From an uncultured Actinomycetes bacterium (GTDB lineage: Bacteria; Actinomycetota; Thermoleophilia; UBA2241), in the NCBI GenBank assembly GCA_963725665.1, contig CAVRZA010000011.1, forward strand, positions 606,935 to 670,934: a DNA stretch of 64,000 nt, given 5' to 3'. The stretch's first letter is position 1. Every line of letters starts with the position of its first letter. Positions 20,968-30,006 of this stretch are shown in pieces. Below the pieces are notes generated by a model. The model was not told the origin of the DNA, did not search any database, and was given only the letters and a program-made list of their open reading frames with translations. The position numbers and the translations under genes are program-made.

Positions 20968-21963
20968 ATGAGCGTGCTCTCGAGAGTGATCGACGCCGGC
21001 CGCGACTACCGCAACCCCCTCGACGAGGTCGAGGACGGGCTGTTCGTCGGCACTCGGCGCCCGCAATGCCAAGCTCACCCAGTTCTGGGTCCTTCTGGTC
21101 CTCGCCAGCGTCATCGCGGCGGGCGGTGTCGTCGGCGGATTCGACGCCGGCAGTGATCGGAGCCATGATCGTCGCGCCGCTGGCCACCCCCATCTACGGC
21201 GTGGCGCTCGCTACCGTCGTCGGGTCGCGCCGCCATCTGCGCGACGCGCTGCTCCTGCTGGCGTCCGGCATCGTCGTCAACATCCTGCTGGGCATGCTGG
21301 TGGGTCTGGTCACCTTCGACCGCGTGCCGCTCGAGGCCAACCCGCAGATCACCGGTCGAACGGCGCCGACCGTGCTCGACCTGGCGCATCGCCGTCGCGG
21401 TCGGCGTCGCGGGCTGCTTCGCCCTCGTGCGCCGCGACGTCGTCAACATCCTGGCCGGAGTCGCCATCGCCATCTCGCTGGTGCCGGTGCTGGCCGTGGT
21501 GGGCATCACCCTCGGCTCGGGCCGCCTCGACCTGGCGTGGGGCGCCCTCGTCCTCTTCCTCACCAACGCCGCCGCCATCATCGTGGCCGGCGTCGTCGTG
21601 TTCACGGCCGCCGGCTACCAGCGCGACGCCGCCGCGCGCGGGGCGCGCGTCGGGCGTCGCGCCAGAGTGCTCGTCGCCGTCCTCGTCATCGCCCTCGTCA
21701 TCCCCCTCAGCGTGGCCTCAGTCCGGACCTATCGCTCCGAGCGCTGGGTGAGCGCCACCGAGGCGGCGACCGAGCACTGGGTCGCCGGCACGGACTGGCA
21801 GGTGACCGGCGTCCACGCCGTGGGCGACGACATCGTCGCCAGCGTGATCGGCGGCGGCGAGCCGCCGCCGATCGAGGTCCTTCGCGCGGACGTGCGACGC
21901 TCGGTGCCGGCGGGGGTGACGGTCAGGATCGTCGAGGACAGCGGAAGGACGGTCGAGCTCTAG
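20968..21963 (+). CDS. DUF389 family membrane protein (about 3 frameshifts)
   Basis: DSTPAVIGAMIVAPL, ITGRTAPTVLDL, GVAIAISLVPVL, LFLTNAAAI. Confidence 0.85.
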
Positions 21964-22021
21964 GAACGCAGCGCCGACGAGCGCTGCGGCGGCCCTGGGC
22001 TTCGTCAGCGCTGCGGCGTCT

Positions 22022-23512
22022 CTATTCCTGCGGCGTCCGGCAGCTGTCGCGCAGGGAGTCACCGCAGGCATCGCCCCAGTCGTCTTTGCGCTTGCCGTGC
22101 TCCCCTCCGGCTTCGAAGCGCAGCTTGGTGAGAGCCAGCTCGTCCGGGACCTCGATGGGGTAGTCGCAGGTGAAGCAGGCGCGGCAGAACTGCGACTCCG
22201 GCAGCCCGGTGCTCTCCTGTAGGCCGGCGAGCGTGAGGTAGTGCAGTGAGGTGGCTCCCACGTGGCGGCGGATCTCCTCGATGGAGAGGTTGGCGGCGAT
22301 CAGCTCCGCCTTGGTCGCCATGTCGATGCCGTAGAAGCAGGGGCAGGTGATCGGCGGGGAGCTGACGCGCAGGTGCACCTCGCGCGCGCCGGCCGAGTAC
22401 AGCATGTCGACGAGCTGCCCGGTCGTGTTGCCGCGCACGATCGAATCGTCGACGACGACGAGGCGCTTGCCGTGGATGGTTTGCTGCAAGGGGTTCAGCT
22501 TCATGCGGATGCCGAGCTGGCGCAGGTGCTGGTCGGGCTGGATGAAGGTGCGGTAGACGTAGCGGTTCTTGATGAGACCCTCGCCGAACGGGATGCCGCT
22601 CTCGCGGCTGTAGCCGATCGCGGCCGAGATGCCGGTATCGGGCACCGGTATGACGAGGTCGGCCTCGACCGGCGCCTCCATGGCGAGGTGGCGGCCCATC
22701 TCGATGCGGCACTCGTGCAGGTTGCGGCCCAGCATGACGGAGTCGGGCCGTGCGAAGTAGATGAACTCGAAGATGCAGAGGGCGGGACGCGCTCCGGGGA
22801 GCTCGACGCGCTCGCTGCGCACCCCGCCTGGGTCGGCAAGGACGATCTCGCCGGGGTCGATCTCGCGCACGAAGCTCGCGCCCACGATGTCGAGGGCGCA
22901 GGTCTCGCTGGCGATGATGGGATCGCCTTCGAGGTCGCCCAGGCAGAGCGGGCGCACGCCGTAGGGGTCGCGGAACCCGACGAGGGCGTCGGAGGCGAGC
23001 ACCGTCGCCGAGAAGGCGCCGCGGATCTTCTCGACGGCGGCGCGCACGGCGGCCTGCAGGTCGCCCTGGGCCTCGTGGGCGATGAGGGCCGTGATGACCT
23101 CGGTGTCGGTCGAGGAGGAGAACTTGACGCCCTGCGCGCGGAGCTCGTCGCGCAGGGCCGTCGTGTTGACGAGGTTGCCGTTGTGCCCGAGGGCGATCGT
23201 GCCCCCGTTGCGTCGGCGCACGAAGGGCTGGGCGTTCTGCCACGCCGTCGACCCCGTGGTCGAGTAGCGCACGTGGCCGATCGCCATCTGCCCGCTGAGA
23301 CTGGTCAGCGTCTGCTCGTCGAACACCTGCGCGACGAGCCCCATCTCCTTGATCACCGTGATCTGACCGTCGTCGGAGACGGCGATCCCGGCGCTCTCCT
23401 GACCGCGATGCTGCAGGGCGTAGAGGCCGAAGAAGGTGAGCCGGGCCACGTCGCGCTCGGGCGCGACGACCCCGAAGACGCCGCAACTGTCGTGTAGGCG
23501 TTCGCCGTGCAT
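22022..23512 (-). CDS. purF: Amidophosphoribosyltransferase
   Basis: Propeptide then CGVFG, LQHRGQE, GHVRYST, HNGNL, VVDDSIVRG, Fe-S cysteines CRAC. Confidence 0.98.
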   Translation of the reverse strand: MHGERLHDSCGVFGVVAPERDVARLTFFGLYALQHRGQESAGIAVSDDGQITVIKEMGLVAQVFDEQTLTSLSGQMAIGHVRYSTTGSTAWQNAQPFVRRRNGGTIALGHNGNLVNTTALRDELRAQGVKFSSSTDTEVITALIAHEAQGDLQAAVRAAVEKIRGAFSATVLASDALVGFRDPYGVRPLCLGDLEGDPIIASETCALDIVGASFVREIDPGEIVLADPGGVRSERVELPGARPALCIFEFIYFARPDSVMLGRNLHECRIEMGRHLAMEAPVEADLVIPVPDTGISAAIGYSRESGIPFGEGLIKNRYVYRTFIQPDQHLRQLGIRMKLNPLQQTIHGKRLVVVDDSIVRGNTTGQLVDMLYSAGAREVHLRVSSPPITCPCFYGIDMATKAELIAANLSIEEIRRHVGATSLHYLTLAGLQESTGLPESQFCRACFTCDYPIEVPDELALTKLRFEAGGEHGKRKDDWGDACGDSLRDSCRTPQE

Positions 23513-23514
23513 GG

Positions 23515-25791
23515 CTAACCGAGGCGGGCGGGGAGCGATTCGTAGGCGGCGAGGAGCTCGTCGACCGGCAGGTCGACGAGCTCCTCGCCGCCGGACGTGA
23601 TGCGCAGCCGCCCGCCGGCATCGACGCTGCCGAGCACGGCGAGCGGCACGATGCCCTCGCCGTCGTCCGCCACCAGGGCGCGCAGCTCGGCGAGCCGCTC
23701 GGGGGCGCAGGTGACGACGATGCGCGACGGGCCCTCGCCGAAGAGCGCGATGTCGTCGCGCATCGTCGTCTCGAGGACGATCGCGGCGCCCCTGGCCGGC
23801 GGCGGGGCCGCCGTCTGGGCGCCGCCGGTCACGCCCGAAGCGAGACAACACTCGGCCAGGGCGACGCCGAGGCCGCCCTCGGCGCAGTCGTGCGCCGACT
23901 TCACGGCGCCTGCGGCGATGGCCCGCCGCACGACTCGTTGCAGCGCCTTCTCGAGGGCGAGATCGACGTCGGGGACGCGTCCCTCGACGCGCCCGAAGCG
24001 GCGCTTCTGGTACTCCGAGCCGTCGACGGCCGCCGTGTCGAGCGGTCCGAGCAAGACGACGGCGTCGCCGGCATCCTGGAACCGTTGGTCGACGCGTACG
24101 CTCACATCGTCGATGACGCCCAGCATGCCGACCATGGGCGTGGGGTAGATGGCGTTGCCGAAGCTCTCGTTGTAGAAGCTGACGTTGCCGCTCACGACGG
24201 GAGTCTCGAGCGCCTCGCACGCCTCGGCCATGCCCTCGACCGCCTGCTCGAAGGTCCAGTACATCTCGCCCTTCTCGGGGTTGCCGAAGTTGAGGCAGTC
24301 AGTGACGGCCACGGGCAGCGCTCCGGCGCATGAGAGGTTACGCGCCGCCTCGGCCACGGCCGCCTTGGCGCCGCGGTAGGGGTCGAGGTAGCAGTGGCGC
24401 CCGTTGCAGTCGTTGACGAAGGCGATGCCCCTCGGCGTGCCCTTGATACGGAGCACGGCGGCGTCGGAGCCGGGGATCTGCACGGTGTTGGCCTGCACGA
24501 TGTAGTCGTACTGCTCCCAAGCCCAGCGCTTGCTGGCGATGTTGGGGGCGGCCAGCAGCTCGAGGAGCGCGGCGCCCAGGTCGCGAGGCGCCGGGTATGC
24601 GCCGTCGGTCACCGCCACCGGCTCGTCGGCCAGGTACGGCGGCTTGACCGACGGCGTACGGATCACCGGCGCCTCGTCGGCCAGGCGCCGCGCGGGGATG
24701 TCGGCCACGCGCTCACCGTGCCAGTAGATGCGCAGCATCTTCGAGTCGGTGACCTCGCCGATCACCGTGCAGTCGAGGTCCCAGCGGTCGCAGACCTCGC
24801 GCACCGCCTCGAGCTGGGCCGGCTCGACGATCGAGAGCATTCTCTCCTGGCTCTCCGAGATCATGATCTCCCAGGGTTCCATGTCGGCCTCGCGCAGGGG
24901 CACGCGGTCGGCGTGGATATCGAGCCCCACCATGCCCTTGCTGGCCATCTCGGAGGAGGAGGAGGTGAGCCCGGCGGCGCCGAGGTCCTGCATGCTGACG
25001 ACGAGGCGCCGATGCAGGAGCTCGAGGCAGGCCTCGATCAGCTTCTTCTCGGTGAACGGATCGCCGACCTGCACCGAGGGGCGCTTCTCCTCGAGGGTCT
25101 CGTCGAACTCCTGGCTCGCCAGCACCGAGGCGCCGCCGATGCCGTCGCGGCCGGTCTTGGAGCCGATGAGCACGACGCGATTGCCGGGTCCGCTGGCGAT
25201 GGCGCGTACGATCTGGTCGGTGCGCAGCAGACCGGCACTCATCGCGTTCACGAGGCAGTTGCCGGCGTAGCTCTCCTCGAAGTACACCTCGCCGCCCACC
25301 GTGGGGATGCCGAGGCAGTTGCCGTAGAAGGCGATGCCGCCGACAACGCCGTCGAACAGGAAGCGCTGGCGGACGTTCTCGTCGCCCTCGATCTCGCCGA
25401 AGCGCAGGGAGTCGAGGCTGACGCAGGGCCGCGCGCCCATGGTGAAGATGTCGCGCACGATGCCGCCCACGCCGGTGGCGGCGCCCTGGAACGGCTCGAC
25501 CGCCGACGGGTGGTTGTGGCTCTCGACCTTCATCGCCACCGCCCAGCCGTCGCCGACGTCGATGATGCCGGCGTTCTCGCCCGGTCCCTGCAGGATGCGC
25601 GGGCCGCTGGTCGGAAAGCGCTTGAGGATCGGCTTGGAGTGCTTGTAGCTGCAGTGCTCGCTCCACATGAGCGAGTAGATGGCGAGCTCGACATACGTCG
25701 GCTCGCCACCCTGGATGCGGCAGATATGCTCGTACTCATCGGGGGTGAGCCCGAGCTTGACGGCGGCCTCTAACGTGGCCCGCTCGCTCAT
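23515..25791 (-). CDS. purL: FGAM synthase subunit PurL
   Basis: WSEHCSYK, ESHNHPS, DLGAAG, SESQERM, LNFGNP, SGNVSFYN. Confidence 0.98.
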   Translation of the reverse strand: MSERATLEAAVKLGLTPDEYEHICRIQGGEPTYVELAIYSLMWSEHCSYKHSKPILKRFPTSGPRILQGPGENAGIIDVGDGWAVAMKVESHNHPSAVEPFQGAATGVGGIVRDIFTMGARPCVSLDSLRFGEIEGDENVRQRFLFDGVVGGIAFYGNCLGIPTVGGEVYFEESYAGNCLVNAMSAGLLRTDQIVRAIASGPGNRVVLIGSKTGRDGIGGASVLASQEFDETLEEKRPSVQVGDPFTEKKLIEACLELLHRRLVVSMQDLGAAGLTSSSSEMASKGMVGLDIHADRVPLREADMEPWEIMISESQERMLSIVEPAQLEAVREVCDRWDLDCTVIGEVTDSKMLRIYWHGERVADIPARRLADEAPVIRTPSVKPPYLADEPVAVTDGAYPAPRDLGAALLELLAAPNIASKRWAWEQYDYIVQANTVQIPGSDAAVLRIKGTPRGIAFVNDCNGRHCYLDPYRGAKAAVAEAARNLSCAGALPVAVTDCLNFGNPEKGEMYWTFEQAVEGMAEACEALETPVVSGNVSFYNESFGNAIYPTPMVGMLGVIDDVSVRVDQRFQDAGDAVVLLGPLDTAAVDGSEYQKRRFGRVEGRVPDVDLALEKALQRVVRRAIAAGAVKSAHDCAEGGLGVALAECCLASGVTGGAQTAAPPPARGAAIVLETTMRDDIALFGEGPSRIVVTCAPERLAELRALVADDGEGIVPLAVLGSVDAGGRLRITSGGEELVDLPVDELLAAYESLPARLG

Positions 25792-25846
25792 GGCCGCGTC
25801 CTTGCCGGCGGCGCCGGCGTGCCGGTCGCCTCTCGCGCCACGCGCT

Positions 25847-26590
25847 TCACGCCCGCACCGTCCGCTGTGCTCGCTCCACCAGCGCGTCGACCATCGACTG
25901 GAAGAAGTGGCGGCCGTCGACGCCTCCGGCGACGGCCGCCTCGACCGAGTTCTCGGGGTGCGGCATCATGCCGAACACGTTGTGCGTCTCGTTGCAGACG
26001 CCGGCGATACCGTCGAGGGCGCCGTTGGGGCTTGACGAGCCGGCCATCGTGCCGTCGGGTTCGCAGTAGCGCAGCACGACCTGGCCGTTCGCCTGCATGT
26101 GCGTCAGGGTCTCGGGGTCGACGCGGTAGTTGCCCTCGTTGTGCTTGACCACGATGCGCAGCACCTCGCCCTCGCGGCAGGTCGAGGTGAAGGGCGTGTC
26201 GGCGTTCTCGACGCGCAGGTTGACGTAGCGGCAGACGAACTTGAGACCGGTGTTGCGGATCAGCGCTCCCGGCAGCAGGTGCGCCTCGCAGAGGATCTGG
26301 AAGCCGTTGCAGATGCCCAGCACGAGGCCGCCGCCGGCGGCGAAGTCGGCCACGGCCTGCATGATGGGGCTGAAGCGCGCGATGGCGCCGCAGCGCAGGT
26401 AGTCGCCGTACGAGAAGCCGCCCGGCAGGACCACGGCGTCGACGGCGCGCAGATCGGTGTCCTTGTGCCAGAGGTAGACGGGCTCGGCGGCGGCGAACGT
26501 GCCCACAGCGTGGTGGGCGTCGGCGTCGCAGTTGGAGCCGGGAAAGACGACGACGCCGAAGCGGAAGGGGTGCTCGCTTGTGTCGCTCAC
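25847..26590 (-). CDS. purQ: FGAM synthase glutaminase subunit
   Basis: FPGSNCD, PGGFSYGDYLR, GICNGFQ, MMPHPE. Confidence 0.98.
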   Translation of the reverse strand: MSDTSEHPFRFGVVVFPGSNCDADAHHAVGTFAAAEPVYLWHKDTDLRAVDAVVLPGGFSYGDYLRCGAIARFSPIMQAVADFAAGGGLVLGICNGFQILCEAHLLPGALIRNTGLKFVCRYVNLRVENADTPFTSTCREGEVLRIVVKHNEGNYRVDPETLTHMQANGQVVLRYCEPDGTMAGSSSPNGALDGIAGVCNETHNVFGMMPHPENSVEAAVAGGVDGRHFFQSMVDALVERAQRTVRA

Positions 26591-26663
26591 GGACGTCCTT
26601 GGGTCGGGGTCGGGCCGACTCGCTGATTCTTGGAGGCTCGAGTGCGTGACGCGGGCGCGGCGC

Positions 26664-26930
26664 TCACCGGTCGTCGATGGCGAAGGTGAAGTCTTCGATG
26701 ATCGGGTTGGCGAGCAGCTTGCGGCACATGGCGTCGATCTCGGCCCGCGCCGCCTCGGGTTCGGCGCCGTCGGTCACCTCGAGATCGAGCTCGATGAACT
26801 TGCCCACGCGCACCCCGGAGACGCCGTCGAAACCGAGGGCAGGGAGGGAGCGCTCGATGGCCACGCCTTGGGGATCGAGGATCCCTTTCTTGGGGGTGAT
26901 GTAGACGCGGACGTGCATCGGCTTGCTCAC
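26664..26930 (-). CDS. purS: FGAM synthase subunit PurS
   Basis: ILDPQG, VRVGK, LLANPIIE. Confidence 0.97.
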   Translation of the reverse strand: MSKPMHVRVYITPKKGILDPQGVAIERSLPALGFDGVSGVRVGKFIELDLEVTDGAEPEAARAEIDAMCRKLLANPIIEDFTFAIDDR

Positions 26931-27083
26931 GTTGTAACGCTACCGGATGGAAGGGACGAAGTCCACGCCGAGGGGGCGTTCTGGCGTCCGTTCGACAGCT
27001 CGGGGTGAAACGGCAGGGCGAGAGGGCGGCGGGTGCTCCGAAGAGCGCCCGCCGCCCCGCCATGACGCCTGCGGCAAGGACAT

Positions 27084-27122
27084 AAAGGGGAGGGCCGCCT
27101 CGTCGAGGCGGCCCTCCCCTTC
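27084..27122. terminator. Intrinsic terminator hairpin after the multicopper oxidase
   Basis: Perfect 18-bp arms AAAGGGGAGGGCCGCCTC / GAGGCGGCCCTCCCCTTT, 25 nt past the stop. Confidence 0.85.
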
Positions 27123-27146
27123 TCGTGCGTGTGCCCTACGTTGGCC

Positions 27147-29120
27147 CTACTTCACGACCATGAACGGTCGCATCATGTCGTTTTCCTCGTGCTCCAGGAT
27201 GTGGCAGTGGTACACCCAACTGCCGAAGCTCCCGGTCTTCCAGTTGAAGTCCAGGAGGGACGTCGCGTTCAGCGTGAACTTGGCCCTCGTCCACGTCACA
27301 TAGCCCGGCGGGGCCTTCACGGTGTCCTTGTAGCCCATCTCTTCCGGGGCCGGCGGGAACTCAGGCCCTTCTAGGTAGGGGAACCCGGACGAAAGAGATA
27401 CCCCGGTAACGTTGGGCTTGGGGTGTAGGGGGTCATTCCGTCCAGACTCGACATAGGCGGCCCAATCCGTCTTGTAGTCTTCGACCCCTTCGACTACGTC
27501 TTCTGTGCCCTGAACGTCTCGGAACGCCTGCCGCTTCACGACCTGGACCGCCACCAGGTGCGGGTGCATCGGGTGAGCGTCCACGGTGAGGTTGATCCAC
27601 CGCCACGTCTCGGTCGTGCCGGCCTTGATGATGTCCGTCGTCGGGTCCGTGAAGTGGTAGCCGTTGAGCAGCACCTCGCTCGGCACCAACTCCTCAGGGT
27701 CGAACCCCGGAACCATAGTCTCCTTGGCCACGACATCCCGCGGCGGAAGACCCGGCGTTGCGGCCAGACGAGCGACGGCCGGCAGCTTCAGAGCAGCAGG
27801 AGCCACGGTAGCGTCGATACCGGCCAGTGGCTGGTTGACCTTGATCTTCATGAGGTCGGTCACAGAGGGAGCGTCGCCATCCGGATAAGGCTCGTTGGCG
27901 TCGTTGGTCATCATGACCACCGGGGTTTCCCCCACCACCGGGCTTTTCGCCAGACGGAAGTCCACGATCACGTCGTAGCGCTCGCCGGGGGCGATCAGGA
28001 GGCTGGTCTTTGCCACCGGAGCGGGTAGAAGACCACCCTCGGACCCAATGACATAGAAGGTGAGGTCCTTCACCCCATCATTGAAGTGCAGGTTGTAGAA
28101 GCGGGCCTGCGAGCCGTTCAGGAGGCGCAGCCGGTATCTCCTGGGCTCGGCATTCAAGTAGGGATAGGCCTTGCCGTTGATCACCGGGGTGTCGCCGAAG
28201 AACTCCGGAACCCATACCGGGTGAATGGCGCTGATGCCTTCGGTCGGATAGAAGAGCGTGCCATTCTCATTGACGTCGGGGGTGTCAGGGTCATCGTCGT
28301 TGAACTGCTTGTCCTGGATCACCAGCGGCAGGTGGTACTTGCCGTAGCCGGCCGGGACCTTCTGAACATGCTTGATCAACTTGCCATACTTGTCCTTGTC
28401 GGGGCCGTTGACTGTGATCGTGCTGCCGTTGTCGACGTTGTCGAAGAGCAGGTAGCCCGCGGCCAAACCGAGATAGGGCTTGAACCGCGTGGCCCCCATC
28501 GTGTGGTCGTGGTACCAGAGCAGCGTCGCCGACTGGTCGTTCATGTAGGTGAAGGTCTTGGTGACGAAGTCCTCACCATGCTTCCCATCGGCAGTCCACC
28601 ACTGCATGGGTGTCCCATCGAAGCGCGCCGCGGTGTGCCCGCCGTGGAGGTGTGGGATCGCAGCGCCCGGGGGCACTGGCGTGACTCCAAACTCATTGAC
28701 TCCTCCAAACCCCGGCGCGCCGCCGATGGTGGGGTCGATGGCGTTCTTCAGTGGGAAGGCGTCGAGGGCAGTGGGAAGGTTGTTGACCCATTTGACCACC
28801 ACGGGCCGGCCCGTTTTCGCCACGATCGTCGGGCCGAGGAGGACGGGGTCCTTCCCGGGCTGTCCGTAGGTCCAAACGGTAGCCGGACCCAGGCTGGAGT
28901 TGAACGTGTGCTGGCTGGCCCGCATGTCGATCACGTAGTAGTCGGCCCACCCCGAGTAGAGCGGGTTGAACGTCTCCGTTGCCACAGGCGGAACGGGCAG
29001 CGCATCTGCCCACTTGGCCATCGGCGGGCTCTGAGCGTAGGCTGGGGCACTTATCCCCATGAGGCCGACGCCCGTCAACACCGCGATGACGATGGCGAGA
29101 CTGAGTCTCCTTGGTCTCAT
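27147..29120 (-). CDS. Secreted multicopper oxidase (CotA/bilirubin oxidase-like)
   Basis: All four Cu motifs: HLHG, WYHDH, HPMHPH, HCHILEHEENDMM. Signal peptide ending AYA. Confidence 0.95.
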   Translation of the reverse strand: MRPRRLSLAIVIAVLTGVGLMGISAPAYAQSPPMAKWADALPVPPVATETFNPLYSGWADYYVIDMRASQHTFNSSLGPATVWTYGQPGKDPVLLGPTIVAKTGRPVVVKWVNNLPTALDAFPLKNAIDPTIGGAPGFGGVNEFGVTPVPPGAAIPHLHGGHTAARFDGTPMQWWTADGKHGEDFVTKTFTYMNDQSATLLWYHDHTMGATRFKPYLGLAAGYLLFDNVDNGSTITVNGPDKDKYGKLIKHVQKVPAGYGKYHLPLVIQDKQFNDDDPDTPDVNENGTLFYPTEGISAIHPVWVPEFFGDTPVINGKAYPYLNAEPRRYRLRLLNGSQARFYNLHFNDGVKDLTFYVIGSEGGLLPAPVAKTSLLIAPGERYDVIVDFRLAKSPVVGETPVVMMTNDANEPYPDGDAPSVTDLMKIKVNQPLAGIDATVAPAALKLPAVARLAATPGLPPRDVVAKETMVPGFDPEELVPSEVLLNGYHFTDPTTDIIKAGTTETWRWINLTVDAHPMHPHLVAVQVVKRQAFRDVQGTEDVVEGVEDYKTDWAAYVESGRNDPLHPKPNVTGVSLSSGFPYLEGPEFPPAPEEMGYKDTVKAPPGYVTWTRAKFTLNATSLLDFNWKTGSFGSWVYHCHILEHEENDMMRPFMVVK

Positions 29121-29419
29121 CTTCTCCCCTCTTCCTCTCGCCGACCGGGCGCACCCCATGTGCCCCGGTCCTCGGTCGGCGAGACAGGGAAAACCTACCA
29201 ATCAAGTCCGCATTCCAAGTAGACCGTTCTACGTGTCTTCGAGTGGACGGATGTCATACTCGCGCGCGGGGCTGAGCATGAAGCCGGAGGGACGTTGCCT
29301 TAGTTGACAACGAAATCGGGGCGGCGCGCTGATCTCTCGATCAGCGCGCCGCCCCACCGAAGCTACACGCTAAGGGTGGGGCCGCGGCCGCTCGGCGGCC
29401 GCGGCGCCCGAACACTCCG

Positions 29420-29818
29420 TCAGGCAGCGTGCTTCTCTGCCTGCTTGCGCAGGTGCTCACCGATCTCGTCGGTCTGGCGGCGGAACTCGCTGATGTCGAA
29501 CTGCATCCCGTGCAGGTAGGTGCTCCACTTCTGCGTCTCGCTCGCCATCCGGCGCGCCTCCTCCAGCTGGCCGCTGGTCGACCCCATCATCTCGGTCGCG
29601 CTGTGATGGAAGTAGCTGCAGTACGGGCAGTGGATGGCGGCAGCCACCGCGTACCCGATGAGGTGCTTCTCCCGAGCCGTGAGCTCGGTGTCTCCCAACT
29701 GGAACTCTTTGAACGTCTCCCACTCGCGCTCGAGCTGCGCGTCGGGGAGCGGCTTGAAGAACTCCGGGACTTGTCCCAGGGTCTGCTCGATCTCGGTCTC
29801 GACGTCGCGACGACCCAT
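29420..29818 (-). CDS. AhpD-like / carboxymuconolactone decarboxylase family protein
   Basis: REKHLIGYAVAAAIHCPYCSYFH. GAGGAGG RBS. Two GC hairpins follow the stop (about 29316-29410). Confidence 0.88.
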   Translation of the reverse strand: MGRRDVETEIEQTLGQVPEFFKPLPDAQLEREWETFKEFQLGDTELTAREKHLIGYAVAAAIHCPYCSYFHHSATEMMGSTSGQLEEARRMASETQKWSTYLHGMQFDISEFRRQTDEIGEHLRKQAEKHAA

Positions 29819-30006
29819 CGTTCCTCCTCTGAGGATTTGCCAGACCTGACCGAACCCGGCTGCGGCTGTGGAGCCGCCGCCGTGGCTCGTCCTACTCATG
29901 CCACGTAGGCTGGCTTGAGTCTTCCGTGAGACGTCGATCGCCTACCCGTTAAGGATCGGCTCGGTTTGCAGGGACCGTCGGCGGCAGCCTTCGCCGGACG
30001 CCAGCG

